Part shown: in pieces, positions 50,460 through 59,689 of the stretch
Numbering within the stretch: the stretch's first letter is position 1
Layout of the letters: each line of letters begins with the position of its first letter
Virus record (IMG/VR): IMGVR_UViG_3300025849_002481
Span: 11,721-75,720 of that record
DNA: 64,000 nucleotides
Strand: one strand, 5' to 3'
DNA from: a virus
Notes under the pieces: generated by a model
Seen by the model: only the letters and a program-made list of their open reading frames with translations
The model's database searches: none
What the model was told of the DNA's origin: nothing
Made by a program: the position numbers and the translations under genes

Positions 50460-53036
50460 ATGAGACCACAACGTTCGTTAAGACTTGAAAAAAGATCTGC
50501 AAGAAGTTTAGATACACTATCTGGCGCTAGTGGTGAAATTTTCTATGATGTCGCTAATGGTACACTAAGACTGTACACAGACAATGCAGGTTCCGAAGTT
50601 AAAATGGCAACGCAACCTTGGGTAAGTTCTCAACTAGGCGTACAAGGTACCAGCATACAATATTCAAATCTAATAGGAGCTCCAACATCATTAAGTGCAT
50701 TTACAAACGATGTTGGTTTTATTATAGGCGGCGACGAGGGCGAAGATGGAATTACTTCTGCTAATATAACTTGGGTAGTTTACGAACAACTAGCTGACTT
50801 ACCTCCAGCTGCAGATAATCACGGTATGTTTGCACATGTACACGGTACAGGGAGAGCATACTATGCCCATGCAGGTCTTTGGGTACAACTTGCTAATCAA
50901 ACAGATATAGATGACATTGACCTCACTGGACTAGGTATTACGTATACACTTACTGAACTTAATGGTCTAGTTACATTAACTTCTTCAGAAGGTGATACAA
51001 CATCAGTAAGCGTTCTTACAGCAAGTGGAGCCACACTTACAGGCAACCTAGCGTTCAACGACGATGTTGCAGCAACATTTGGTAGTGCAGGAGATTTATC
51101 TATTAGAAACGTTGGGGGCCAATTCGGAACAGGTCCAACTATTTCTAGTAGTAGTACACTTACTGTATCTCCAACTACTAGTTTATTATTATCATCAGCT
51201 GATGTTGCTCTAAGTGCAACTGGTGCTTTACTTTTAAATAGCCAACAATGGCCAAGTACTGGAGGAGGCAATGCTGGATATGTATTAGCAACTAATGGTT
51301 CAAATACAACAACATGGACTAACCCAGCAAGCGCATTTAGTGTTACTACAGCAGCGGCTGGAACACAAAGTTTAACGTATGATAATACAACAGGAATATT
51401 TACATTTACTCCTGAGGATCTATCATCGTTAGGATTTAGTGCAGGTGTTACAATTAATGAATTCTCTAGTGATAGTACACTAGGCGGTGGCGGAGCAGCC
51501 AATAATAAAGTATCAACACAATTAGCTGTTAAGTCATATGTTGACACAGCCGTTACTAACGGTGCTGGTGCACAAGACGTTTACAAGAACGTAGTTAGCG
51601 ATGATGGCACGGCTGTTGCTACAGGGTTAACTGATTCGTTAACTATACAAGGTGGAACAAACATAGCCACAGCTATACCTAGTAACAGTGACACAGTACA
51701 AATTAATATGTCAGCATTTAGTATTAACTTCTTAAGCGATGTGGATACAACTAGTAACACTCCATCTACAGGCGAAGTACTAAAATGGGATGGAACAAAA
51801 TGGGCACCTGGCACAGATGCAACAACAGGTGGTGCAGGCACAGACGCTGACACACTAGATGGCTTTGACGGCTCGTATTATTTAAACTACAATAACTTTT
51901 CAAACACACCAACTGTACTTACACTAGCCAGCATAAGCGTAGGTAACGAACTTACAGCTTCAGGCGATGGTGCTATCAGCTATGATAACAGCACAGGTGT
52001 GTTCCGTTATACTCCGCCAGACCTAAGTAGTTACTTGACTACTTACACAGAATCAAATGATTTAACATCTGCAGTAACATGGGCTAATGTTCCAGATGCA
52101 AATATTACACAAGGCAGTGTTACACAGCACCAAGCTTCATTAAGTATAACAGAATCGCAAATAAGTGATCTACAAACTTATCTAACAAGCTACACTGTGC
52201 AAGCAAGTGACCTTAATACTATTAGCGTAGGCGCACTTAGTGATGTTGACATAGGAACTCCTCAAAATGGTCAAGTACTAACATGGAATAATGTTTCAAG
52301 TAGATTTCAACCTGCTACTCCGGTCACAGGAAACACATATACTGACTCAGATGTTAGTGCCCACTTAAATACAAATACAGCAAACACAGGTCAAATACTA
52401 AGCTGGGATGGTTCAGACTTTGCATGGGCAGACGATGCTACAGGTGCTGCTGGTGGCGGCGACCCAGATCAAAATCTATTTGCTACCGCAGAAGGTGACA
52501 CTGGCACATACACAGCAGCATCAACTACAGATACTCTTATTATTGCAGGCGGTACTGATATTGCTACATCTATGTCAAACGGCACAGTAACAGTAAACTT
52601 TGATGGTTCTATTCCAGCAGACATTAGCGAACTAACAGATACTACTAACTTACTCGGCGGCGGACCAGAACGTTTTGCTGCAATTACACAGTTATTAGTT
52701 ACAGCACCTAATTCTTCTTATTATGAAATAAACAATCAGTACAGTGGACAGAATCCTACAGTGTATGCAATAAGCGGATTAACTATTGCGTTTGAATTAA
52801 ACTGTGACGGACACCCGTTTGTAATTGAAACAAGCGGAGGCACAGCATACAATACTGGATTAATTCACGTTGCTGACAACGGTACTAAAACAACAGGTGC
52901 AAGCGCACAGGGAAAGACTCAGGGTATGTTGTATTGGCAGATACCAGTAAACGTAACAGGAAACTATGCGTATCAGTGTAGCTTCCACAGTGCAATGCGT
53001 GGAACTATTACTATTAAAAATCTAGCAACACTATAA
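50460..53036 (+). CDS. Fibre/appendage protein with a C-terminal cupredoxin-like domain
   Basis: Gly/Thr/Ser-rich fibre repeats (GQVLxW, YDN.TG.F..TP.DLS); C-terminal GHPF...YAYQCSFHSAMRG. Confidence 0.7.
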   Translation: MRPQRSLRLEKRSARSLDTLSGASGEIFYDVANGTLRLYTDNAGSEVKMATQPWVSSQLGVQGTSIQYSNLIGAPTSLSAFTNDVGFIIGGDEGEDGITSANITWVVYEQLADLPPAADNHGMFAHVHGTGRAYYAHAGLWVQLANQTDIDDIDLTGLGITYTLTELNGLVTLTSSEGDTTSVSVLTASGATLTGNLAFNDDVAATFGSAGDLSIRNVGGQFGTGPTISSSSTLTVSPTTSLLLSSADVALSATGALLLNSQQWPSTGGGNAGYVLATNGSNTTTWTNPASAFSVTTAAAGTQSLTYDNTTGIFTFTPEDLSSLGFSAGVTINEFSSDSTLGGGGAANNKVSTQLAVKSYVDTAVTNGAGAQDVYKNVVSDDGTAVATGLTDSLTIQGGTNIATAIPSNSDTVQINMSAFSINFLSDVDTTSNTPSTGEVLKWDGTKWAPGTDATTGGAGTDADTLDGFDGSYYLNYNNFSNTPTVLTLASISVGNELTASGDGAISYDNSTGVFRYTPPDLSSYLTTYTESNDLTSAVTWANVPDANITQGSVTQHQASLSITESQISDLQTYLTSYTVQASDLNTISVGALSDVDIGTPQNGQVLTWNNVSSRFQPATPVTGNTYTDSDVSAHLNTNTANTGQILSWDGSDFAWADDATGAAGGGDPDQNLFATAEGDTGTYTAASTTDTLIIAGGTDIATSMSNGTVTVNFDGSIPADISELTDTTNLLGGGPERFAAITQLLVTAPNSSYYEINNQYSGQNPTVYAISGLTIAFELNCDGHPFVIETSGGTAYNTGLIHVADNGTKTTGASAQGKTQGMLYWQIPVNVTGNYAYQCSFHSAMRGTITIKNLATL

Positions 53037-53045
53037 GGCGAGAAC

Positions 53046-53294
53046 ATGGCAACTATTGGAAATTACGATTACGAAATCACAGACGGAGCAACTAGAACAC
53101 TAGAAGGCAACGAAGTTGTGCTAAGGTGTGTAACTATTACCAACACACAAACCAATCAAAGCGTTCGTATAAACGATATTACTAACGTGTTCGAAAATGA
53201 AGAATGGTTAGAAATTGCACACACTGAAGCTGTAAACACTCTAGAAGGAACACCTAACTGTTGCCTAACAGGGCAAGTAGAGTGGAATGCTTAA
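53046..53294 (+). CDS. Hypothetical protein
   Basis: 82-aa ORF in the operon. Confidence 0.6.
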   Translation: MATIGNYDYEITDGATRTLEGNEVVLRCVTITNTQTNQSVRINDITNVFENEEWLEIAHTEAVNTLEGTPNCCLTGQVEWNA

Positions 53295-53985
53295 GGTCAA
53301 ACGACCCGAAGGCATATTCTTTTTACCCACAGGGTTACCAAAACACAACATAGAACGTTTTAAGAAAGATGGTAGTGAGCCTTGGCTACGCGAGCACATG
53401 TGTGAACTACTAGCACAACGACCAGGAAGTGTTATAAGTGCAGGAACATATGTAGGTGGGCTGTTGCCCAATCTAAGCAGATGTGCAAGCACAGTGTATG
53501 CTTGGGAACCTGTACAAGAACACTATAGATGTACCAAACAGATGTTGCGAAAGAATCGTATACAAAATGTAATACTACATCATGCCGCATTGGGCAACTC
53601 ACGCAACAGCCTACACATAACCACAGGAGCAACTGATGGTGTATGGTTGGGCGGAGCCTCCAGCGTCATTGAACAAGATCAACCAGTTAGTCCATTGTTG
53701 ACCACAGGACAATTCAGTTGGCGCACTGAGGAAGTTGTACAGAATTGCATAGATGACTTTGTGTATGAAAACCTCAGCATACTACAGTTGGATCTAGAAG
53801 GCTATGAGTCGCAAGCACTTGAAGGTGCTGTAAAAACTGTAGCACAGCATCGTCCTTGGATCATAGTTGAGAATCCCAGGCAAGAACTTGATCAAACCAT
53901 CAGGAGTTGGGGTTACACACTTGAGCAACACTATGCAGGTGACAGTGTGTATAAATATACTAAAGGAGCAGACCATGTCAAATAG
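53287..53985 (+). CDS. FkbM-family methyltransferase
   Basis: AGTYVG, AWEP, AALG, LDLEGYE..ALEGA. Confidence 0.85.
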   Translation: MLKVKRPEGIFFLPTGLPKHNIERFKKDGSEPWLREHMCELLAQRPGSVISAGTYVGGLLPNLSRCASTVYAWEPVQEHYRCTKQMLRKNRIQNVILHHAALGNSRNSLHITTGATDGVWLGGASSVIEQDQPVSPLLTTGQFSWRTEEVVQNCIDDFVYENLSILQLDLEGYESQALEGAVKTVAQHRPWIIVENPRQELDQTIRSWGYTLEQHYAGDSVYKYTKGADHVK

Positions 53986-54256
53986 ACCACCAAGTAAAAT
54001 ATATGCTATACAAGCATATTCAAAAACCAACAACAAGCTCAAGCAGGAGTTTGATCAAGACGCACTGATTGCTCCCTACAAGCATACTACAGCTGAACGA
54101 GAAGCCAAATTGAAGGCAGAGAGTCTAGCACGTAGATTAAATAACATAAAGCACCAAGGTGCAACAGATTGGGTAGCACGTTATCCTTTGCAAGACTATC
54201 GTCCAAGTGGCATAGTAAGAGCAAGTCAGATACGCAATCCAAGAACAACGAGATAG
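53975..54256 (+). CDS. Hypothetical protein, paralog of 50145..50420
   Basis: Start MSNRPP at 53975 after TATAAATA and AGGAG. Confidence 0.65.
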   Translation: MSNRPPSKIYAIQAYSKTNNKLKQEFDQDALIAPYKHTTAEREAKLKAESLARRLNNIKHQGATDWVARYPLQDYRPSGIVRASQIRNPRTTR

Positions 54257-54265
54257 GAGCGGCAC

Positions 54266-54610
54266 ATGCCACTAAGCGTAACAGTACACGGAATAGCCAC
54301 AGTCGCTGGACCCAATCAAAACGGAAGATGGGCAACAGCAGATATAACCTCAACAGACGGAACCGACAATGTGATATACACAGTACCTGCTGATGTTGAC
54401 TATGTTATCGCAGCCATAAGCATACTCAATAGAAGTGATGAAGCAGCAACCAATGTAAACGTTGCTATTGCTAATGCAGATGTTCCCCTAGACGTTGAGT
54501 TTATTGAATGGAAAACATCAATGGTACCACGTGGCGTACTAGAGCGCACACAGTTGTTGCTGAACCCCGGACAAAGAATCATAGTCAGAGTAGGCGACTA
54601 CACCCCGTAG
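54266..54610 (+). CDS. Hypothetical beta-rich virion-type protein
   Basis: YTVP...NR...IE......P.GVLERT.L pattern. Confidence 0.6.
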   Translation: MPLSVTVHGIATVAGPNQNGRWATADITSTDGTDNVIYTVPADVDYVIAAISILNRSDEAATNVNVAIANADVPLDVEFIEWKTSMVPRGVLERTQLLLNPGQRIIVRVGDYTP

Positions 54611-54847
54611 TCCTAGAAGCGCGAAGCGCCTGCGCCAGAAAGCCGCTCGCGGAAAGCCCTAAGCTAGAAGAGCTACGAAGTAGATTTAAGCAAAAATTTC
54701 AGTCTTAAACTACGCACTTAACTTACTACAGTATCATTGCACATATGCACACTATATAAAAAGTTTTCCAACAACCATAGCGACACGCCTATTGCAACAC
54801 TGTGCAATACCCCGTACGTACTGATTAACAAAAAGATGAGTCTTATT

Positions 54848-55060
54848 CTACAATCGAGTGACTGTGTACCTAGAGTTTCCTGCGAGTTTTAACTGAGCTA
54901 GTGTACAGTGAGCAGCTGATTCAAACTCTAGTATGTTGTATGCACTTTGACTAGCTTCTATCTTAGAGTCTACAAACAGTTCTATGACTAGTGCATGTAC
55001 TAGCGCATCAATTGCTTGCTTGTTGGTAACTGGTTCAAACTGTAGTAGTAACTTGTGCAT
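54848..55060 (-). CDS. Hypothetical protein
   Basis: ATG at 55060 (MHKLLL) lies 5 nt after a TAAATA box, like the other late genes. Confidence 0.5.
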   Translation of the reverse strand: MHKLLLQFEPVTNKQAIDALVHALVIELFVDSKIEASQSAYNILEFESAAHCTLAQLKLAGNSRYTVTRL

Positions 55061-55455
55061 ACAGTTATTTAACGTGTGCGTAGAGTAGCGCACAGCTAAG
55101 AGGTTCTTGTTTTACACACATAAAGAGACAAGCTCTTACACACTCGCTGGTCGCTTGTGTGTGTTAGCTTCGCCAAAAGGGTATTTGTAGAGTAAAAAAT
55201 TGTGCGCAAAAAAATTTGGTGGAGTACTTACACTAGTAGTGAGGTTGCAGTGTACAGCGCCAAATGGGGTCTGCAGTGTAAAAAGTTGCGCTACGAAAAT
55301 TTTAGGTGAAGTACTTACAGAAGTTGGGTGGTGATTTTGCCTCTGTATGTTTTTAAAAAGCGGTCATTAAGCACAGCTAAGTTGTTGTTTTAATTATATA
55401 TTTACACCCCCCCACCCCCTCGAGAAATTATTTTTTTAGAAAAATATTTTTTTAT

Positions 55456-55495
55456 TTTGAAAAGAAAAAAGGAATAGTATCTCTACTACTCCCTT
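55456..55495 (-). terminator. Rho-independent terminator ending the early-gene array
   Basis: Minus strand AAGGGAGTAGTA-GAGA-TACTATTCCTT followed by TTTTCTTTT. Confidence 0.75.
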
Positions 55496-55587
55496 CTCCC
55501 CTAGCGTTGTGCTAGTCTCCTTGTTGTCTAGGATTGCCTGCTACCCTACGTAACTCAGCTACCCCCTAGTGGGTATAACTACTACCC

Positions 55588-55953
55588 CTAGTCAGCTCTT
55601 GACCCTGCGTATGCTGTAAAGCCTGCGGCCTTGTAGACCTTAGCGGCTGCTTCAGCACCTGCTTCTTTGGTGCTCATGCACTGTGTGCCTAGTCCACTTG
55701 GGTTCCATATTGAGTAAGCACCTGTGTAGTCCTTCTCAAAGCCTGCTTGCTTCATGCGCTTGCCCAGCTTGGTGTTGCCTTTGATGCCATAGATGTTAAC
55801 CCAAGCAAAGCCACAGTAGGCATGCTCGCCATGTGTGTCCAAGTGTGCCTGTGCTGCATCACGTGCATGTTGTAGAGCAGCTTCCCTAATCATTACTAGG
55901 TCTGCTACAGTGTAATCGTTAAGTTCAACAGTTGATGTGTTAATAGTTGTCAT
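55588..55953 (-). CDS. Early hypothetical protein
   Basis: CGFAWV...SRAD motif; own promoter and GAGGGC leader. Confidence 0.75.
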   Translation of the reverse strand: MTTINTSTVELNDYTVADLVMIREAALQHARDAAQAHLDTHGEHAYCGFAWVNIYGIKGNTKLGKRMKQAGFEKDYTGAYSIWNPSGLGTQCMSTKEAGAEAAAKVYKAAGFTAYAGSRAD

Positions 55954-56034
55954 AGTGTTTAGCCCTCTGCTTTGTTTAATTTACTCTTACAGTGTACACT
56001 CTATTATGTACACTGTCAACCTTTTTCTTACCAA

Positions 56035-56304
56035 TTAGTAGATGCACTCTGGAGTGTCTAGCCAGTTGTTCAAACAGTATGCTTCTAGCTCTCGTTGTAC
56101 TTGTGCAAGGAACTTGGTCTTCTTGCGCACATATGCCATAGGAGCTTCACCATCACAGTGTAGGTTCTCTGGGCTTAGTTCTGATGCAATAGCATTCATC
56201 AAGTCATTTGCATCTGTTTGTGCTAGTGGGAAGTTCATAGCGCCCTGGCCGAAGATTGCGTTCCACTTGTTCTTTTGTTCTACGTATGCTTCTAGGTTTT
56301 TCAT
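56035..56304 (-). CDS. Early hypothetical protein
   Basis: Start MKNLEAY at 56304 (the promoter lies inside the longer called ORF); LSPENLHCDGE motif. Confidence 0.75.
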   Translation of the reverse strand: MKNLEAYVEQKNKWNAIFGQGAMNFPLAQTDANDLMNAIASELSPENLHCDGEAPMAYVRKKTKFLAQVQRELEAYCLNNWLDTPECIY

Positions 56305-56410
56305 TGTGTGCCCTTGCTTTGTTAATATACTTACTATTATAAGGTCACTTTGGGTGTGTGTCAACCTTTTATTTGCCAAAATCGTAAATTAATTTCCACC
56401 GGCTGTAGTC

Positions 56411-56537
56411 AAAAGAAAGCCCAGGAGTGTTTGGACGAGGGCACATCCTACTCCTGGGCGCATGTGTAAGCAAGCTTCTTAGAGGGCTGAGGGGCGCCTG
56501 CTGTACACTTTTAAGCACTGTGTGGTCGCTGAGGGCA
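56411..56537 (-). ncRNA. Putative structured 3'-UTR / small RNA with GCCCUC loops, ending in a terminator
   Basis: Two hairpins whose G-U pairs work only on the minus strand; loops GCCCCUCAGCCCUC and UGCCCU; U-tract at 56411-56418. Confidence 0.55.
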
Positions 56538-57536
56538 TTAGCGATTCTGCATCACAGTGTTTTCTGCCATAGCTTCCCAACGTTGTGGAAATGCTACAGC
56601 AAGCTCGGCAACTTTAAGTACTGTTCTCAATGACAGCTCACGTAGTTGCTTCTTATTAATATCAACGAAATCCATTACGTCTTCTTTGACATCATCTGAA
56701 AGTTTGTAGCTATCAAGCATGCCGTCTTGTACAACTTGCTTGATGCGCAACATCTTGTCCTTCTCACTCTTGATTGTGAGATCCATGTAGTGACAACGAC
56801 TCTCTAGTGCTTCCAAGTGCGAACGCAACTTCTTGCTCTTTACATCACGGAAGTCTAGGTTGGTAATAAAGATTGCACTACCTTTGAACTCGAAGCTGTC
56901 CGGCACACCTTCATTACGCAACTTGAAGCTGTCTGTGTTCCAGTGGATTGTACGCTTCTTCTTAGAGTCTAGTGCAGCTTTTAAAATATTAAGTGCAAGA
57001 GGCTCTTCGAACACAGCATCACAGTCATCGAACACAAGTACATTGTCTTGGTCTTTGAAGTTGAACAGTTTACAGTAGAGTCCGATTGGGCTCATAGCAC
57101 CTTTGACAACTTCATACTTCTGTCCACCACCTAGTGCGGCAACAGTGTCGTATCTGTCAAGTACTTCTTCTACACCATGTGACTTACCAACTCCTGGAGG
57201 ACCTGATACGATCATAGCACTTACAACACCCTTCTTGACAGCTTTGGTCATATCTTTCAACATGTCAAAGCGTTCACGGATGCGTTCTACAATCTCTTCA
57301 TCTGTTTCGGTTACAGTGTTTACTTTGGCTCCGGCAGCTTCATAAGCTGATGTGCCATCACACATGATCTTAATGTTACGCTCTGGAAAGCCTGGAACGG
57401 CTCTGCCATCTACTGTTACGTAGCCACCCTTGGCGCCTACTTTAAATTCTTGTACAAGTGGAAACACCATACCAGCTAGGTCGACGTCATTGCCTCTAAT
57501 CTTGTATGTGCCTTCTTTGATTCTAATGTTTGTCAT
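56538..57536 (-). CDS. AAA+/P-loop ATPase
   Basis: GPPGVGKS, VFDDCD, LKAALD, FITN, ALESRC. Confidence 0.85.
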   Translation of the reverse strand: MTNIRIKEGTYKIRGNDVDLAGMVFPLVQEFKVGAKGGYVTVDGRAVPGFPERNIKIMCDGTSAYEAAGAKVNTVTETDEEIVERIRERFDMLKDMTKAVKKGVVSAMIVSGPPGVGKSHGVEEVLDRYDTVAALGGGQKYEVVKGAMSPIGLYCKLFNFKDQDNVLVFDDCDAVFEEPLALNILKAALDSKKKRTIHWNTDSFKLRNEGVPDSFEFKGSAIFITNLDFRDVKSKKLRSHLEALESRCHYMDLTIKSEKDKMLRIKQVVQDGMLDSYKLSDDVKEDVMDFVDINKKQLRELSLRTVLKVAELAVAFPQRWEAMAENTVMQNR

Positions 57537-57588
57537 ATTGTTTGCCCTTCAGTTATTTAATTAATGCCTAATTATTAAACTTAGTATA

Positions 57589-57864
57589 CTACGACATCTG
57601 TGGAATGTCAATCTCTTTTTTAACAAACCGAGCAATTAAATTCATGTCCTCGGCTGTAAAGTCCTTTTCTAATTTAGGACCAAACGCATTGCCCAACTTG
57701 GTTAGCATAGAACCTACGTGGCTCATATCGTTCAAGAGTTTGAAGTCTTCGTCCTTCATGCCCTTACAGTTTGCGTATTCGCTCATGTCGCACATCTTGC
57801 GGCCAATCGATGCCAGTTGTTTGTGCTGTGCGCTTACTTCATAAATTGATGTGTTGTTTTTCAT
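57589..57864 (-). CDS. Early hypothetical protein
   Basis: Own promoter and GAGGGCA leader. Confidence 0.75.
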   Translation of the reverse strand: MKNNTSIYEVSAQHKQLASIGRKMCDMSEYANCKGMKDEDFKLLNDMSHVGSMLTKLGNAFGPKLEKDFTAEDMNLIARFVKKEIDIPQMS

Positions 57865-57940
57865 AGTGCCCTCATTTCCTAATTGTTATATACATTATAC
57901 GATCATTAAGAGTGTTTGTCAACCCCTAATTTGCCAAAAA

Positions 57941-58141
57941 TTAATCTAAATCGCAAACCCAACCGCCGGCTGTACCTTCGTACTCTGCAACCAATGTGCC
58001 ACCTAGTCCGAACGGTGAAGCAATCTCTGCAACTGGTTTGCCGGTGTGTTCACATATGCCCTGACCTAGCAGCTCAACCTTCTTAAAGCCTTCGTCTGTG
58101 CCAAAGCCACGGTTTACAAAGTGTACGTTCAGTTCTTGCAT
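57941..58141 (-). CDS. Early hypothetical protein
   Basis: Own promoter and GAGGGCA leader. Confidence 0.75.
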   Translation of the reverse strand: MQELNVHFVNRGFGTDEGFKKVELLGQGICEHTGKPVAEIASPFGLGGTLVAEYEGTAGGWVCDLD

Positions 58142-58208
58142 GTGTTGCCCTCTTGCTTAACTTATATATACACTATAGCACAGGTGCGCTATAGTGTCAA
58201 CCTTTTTT

Positions 58209-58550
58209 TTACATACTCCAATATGATTCTGATGATGGGCTCATATAGCCCGGAGTGTTCACAGTCTCTGTGATTGGCTTTTCTTTAGCTTCGTCCATGA
58301 TGCTATATACAGTCCGACTCTTCTCTATGTTCTTGTGGAAGTATGCCGCTTCTGCTATACCATAACGGAACATAGGATCGTTCACACTGTCTAGCAAGTC
58401 TGCTCTATAACGTTTGCTCATGCGTGTGAGTGCCGCTTTGGCCGCAGGCATTGTTTTATAGCTCTGGCGGTGATCAGGACGAACTACACCGTCCCGCTTG
58501 TTGAGCTTGCCCATGATGTAAGTTGATGATTTTTCGTAAATGTAAAACAT
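58209..58550 (-). CDS. Early hypothetical protein
   Basis: AAKAALTR and NTP...SPSSESYWSM motifs; own promoter. Confidence 0.75.
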   Translation of the reverse strand: MFYIYEKSSTYIMGKLNKRDGVVRPDHRQSYKTMPAAKAALTRMSKRYRADLLDSVNDPMFRYGIAEAAYFHKNIEKSRTVYSIMDEAKEKPITETVNTPGYMSPSSESYWSM

Positions 58551-58621
58551 TGATTGCCCTCTTTGTTTTTAAGTTTGTATATACACTATAGCACATAAAT
58601 GCTATAGTGTCAACCTTTTTT

Positions 58622-59014
58622 TTAACTTTTATACATACGCAAATCTAAATCCGCTCCGTCGTAATCGTGTGCATCTACTTGCTTGTAGTAAAAATCTAGT
58701 ATGTCGTGCTTTTTACAGTAATCAAAAAAGTGTTCGCTTATTCCTTCGTTAATACAATCATCATCGTATCTGTAATCTATTGCAGTTGCAAAAGCAGTAG
58801 CAAGCGTTTTATCTTTGCGTGTAAAATAGTTTTCTAATAGTTGTGTAGTTTGTACACACAATTCTTCTGTTGCACTAATCCAATCGTACACATTTTCCAT
58901 ACCGTGTTCTTCGCAAGCAAAATCTTCCGCACTTACAAGTTCAACTTTATAATTCATAGTGTGTGTTAAAAAATTACATAAATGTTTTAATTCACGTGTA
59001 GTAATGTTTTGCAT
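58622..59014 (-). CDS. Early hypothetical protein
   Basis: Start MQNITT at 59014 after GAGGGCA. Confidence 0.75.
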   Translation of the reverse strand: MQNITTRELKHLCNFLTHTMNYKVELVSAEDFACEEHGMENVYDWISATEELCVQTTQLLENYFTRKDKTLATAFATAIDYRYDDDCINEGISEHFFDYCKKHDILDFYYKQVDAHDYDGADLDLRMYKS

Positions 59015-59096
59015 ATTGCCCTCATGCTTTGTTATTATTATAGTTACACTATAGCACAAGTGCGCTATAGTGTCAACCTTTTTTTTACCAAAAAGT

Positions 59097-59369
59097 TTAA
59101 CTTTCGTATTTTACACCTACTAAACGCAAGTAGCGTCCTCCAAATGTAGTATGCACTTTATCACATCCTACTAGCAACTTTAACCATTTACAGTCACCTT
59201 CTGTAAAACGTTCTCCTACAATTCCAAAACACAAGTTGCGTTTGTCTGCAACTTTTGCATTGTCTTTCCAAACAACGTTAGTCCAACTGTTCCAAAAACT
59301 AGCATCCTTTTCTGCTAGTACTGTTGCAACAAGTTTACGTGCTTGTAGTGTGTTTAGTTTATTTTGCAT
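59097..59369 (-). CDS. Early hypothetical protein
   Basis: GAGGGC leader, TTGCAT-17-TATATT promoter. Confidence 0.7.
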   Translation of the reverse strand: MQNKLNTLQARKLVATVLAEKDASFWNSWTNVVWKDNAKVADKRNLCFGIVGERFTEGDCKWLKLLVGCDKVHTTFGGRYLRLVGVKYES

Positions 59370-59477
59370 TTAAAGCCCTCCAAATGCTGTTACGTTATAA
59401 TTTAATATAGCACCGGTTTGCGCATAATGCAACCATTTTTTTAGTTTGTTACGTTACGTTATTTGGATAAAAAGAGG

Positions 59478-59507
59478 TTGACAACCCCGGCTGTTGTGTG
59501 TTATAAT
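59478..59507 (+). promoter_or_regulatory. Plus-strand sigma70 promoter facing the tRNA cluster
   Basis: TTGACA-18-TATAAT with an extended -10 TG. Confidence 0.65.
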
Positions 59508-59597
59508 GGATTGATGCCCGAAGGTTCTGGACCGGCTGTACCTACTTCGGTTCGGAAGGGTCTTACTGTGAGGGCGGCATGCCCTTCCGAACGTATT

Positions 59598-59684
59598 TGG
59601 TGCTCGCACCCGGACTCGAACCGGGACGCCGTAATCAGCGACAGATTTTAAGTCTGTTGTGTCTACCTATTCCACCATGCGAGC
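59598..59684 (-). tRNA. tRNA-Leu(UAA)
   Basis: Cloverleaf; anticodon arm ACAGA-CTTAAAA-TCTGT, long variable arm, GGTTCGAGTCC, encoded CCA. Confidence 0.95.
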
Positions 59685-59689
59685 GGTGT

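Noticed and set aside
59417-59427. TTTGCGCATAA, resembling a XerC arm
   Set aside because: No XerD arm 6 bp away; it lies in a promoter spacer.
59463-59651. 62-aa plus-strand ORF
   Set aside because: It starts upstream of the promoter, overlaps tRNA-Leu antisense and has no RBS.
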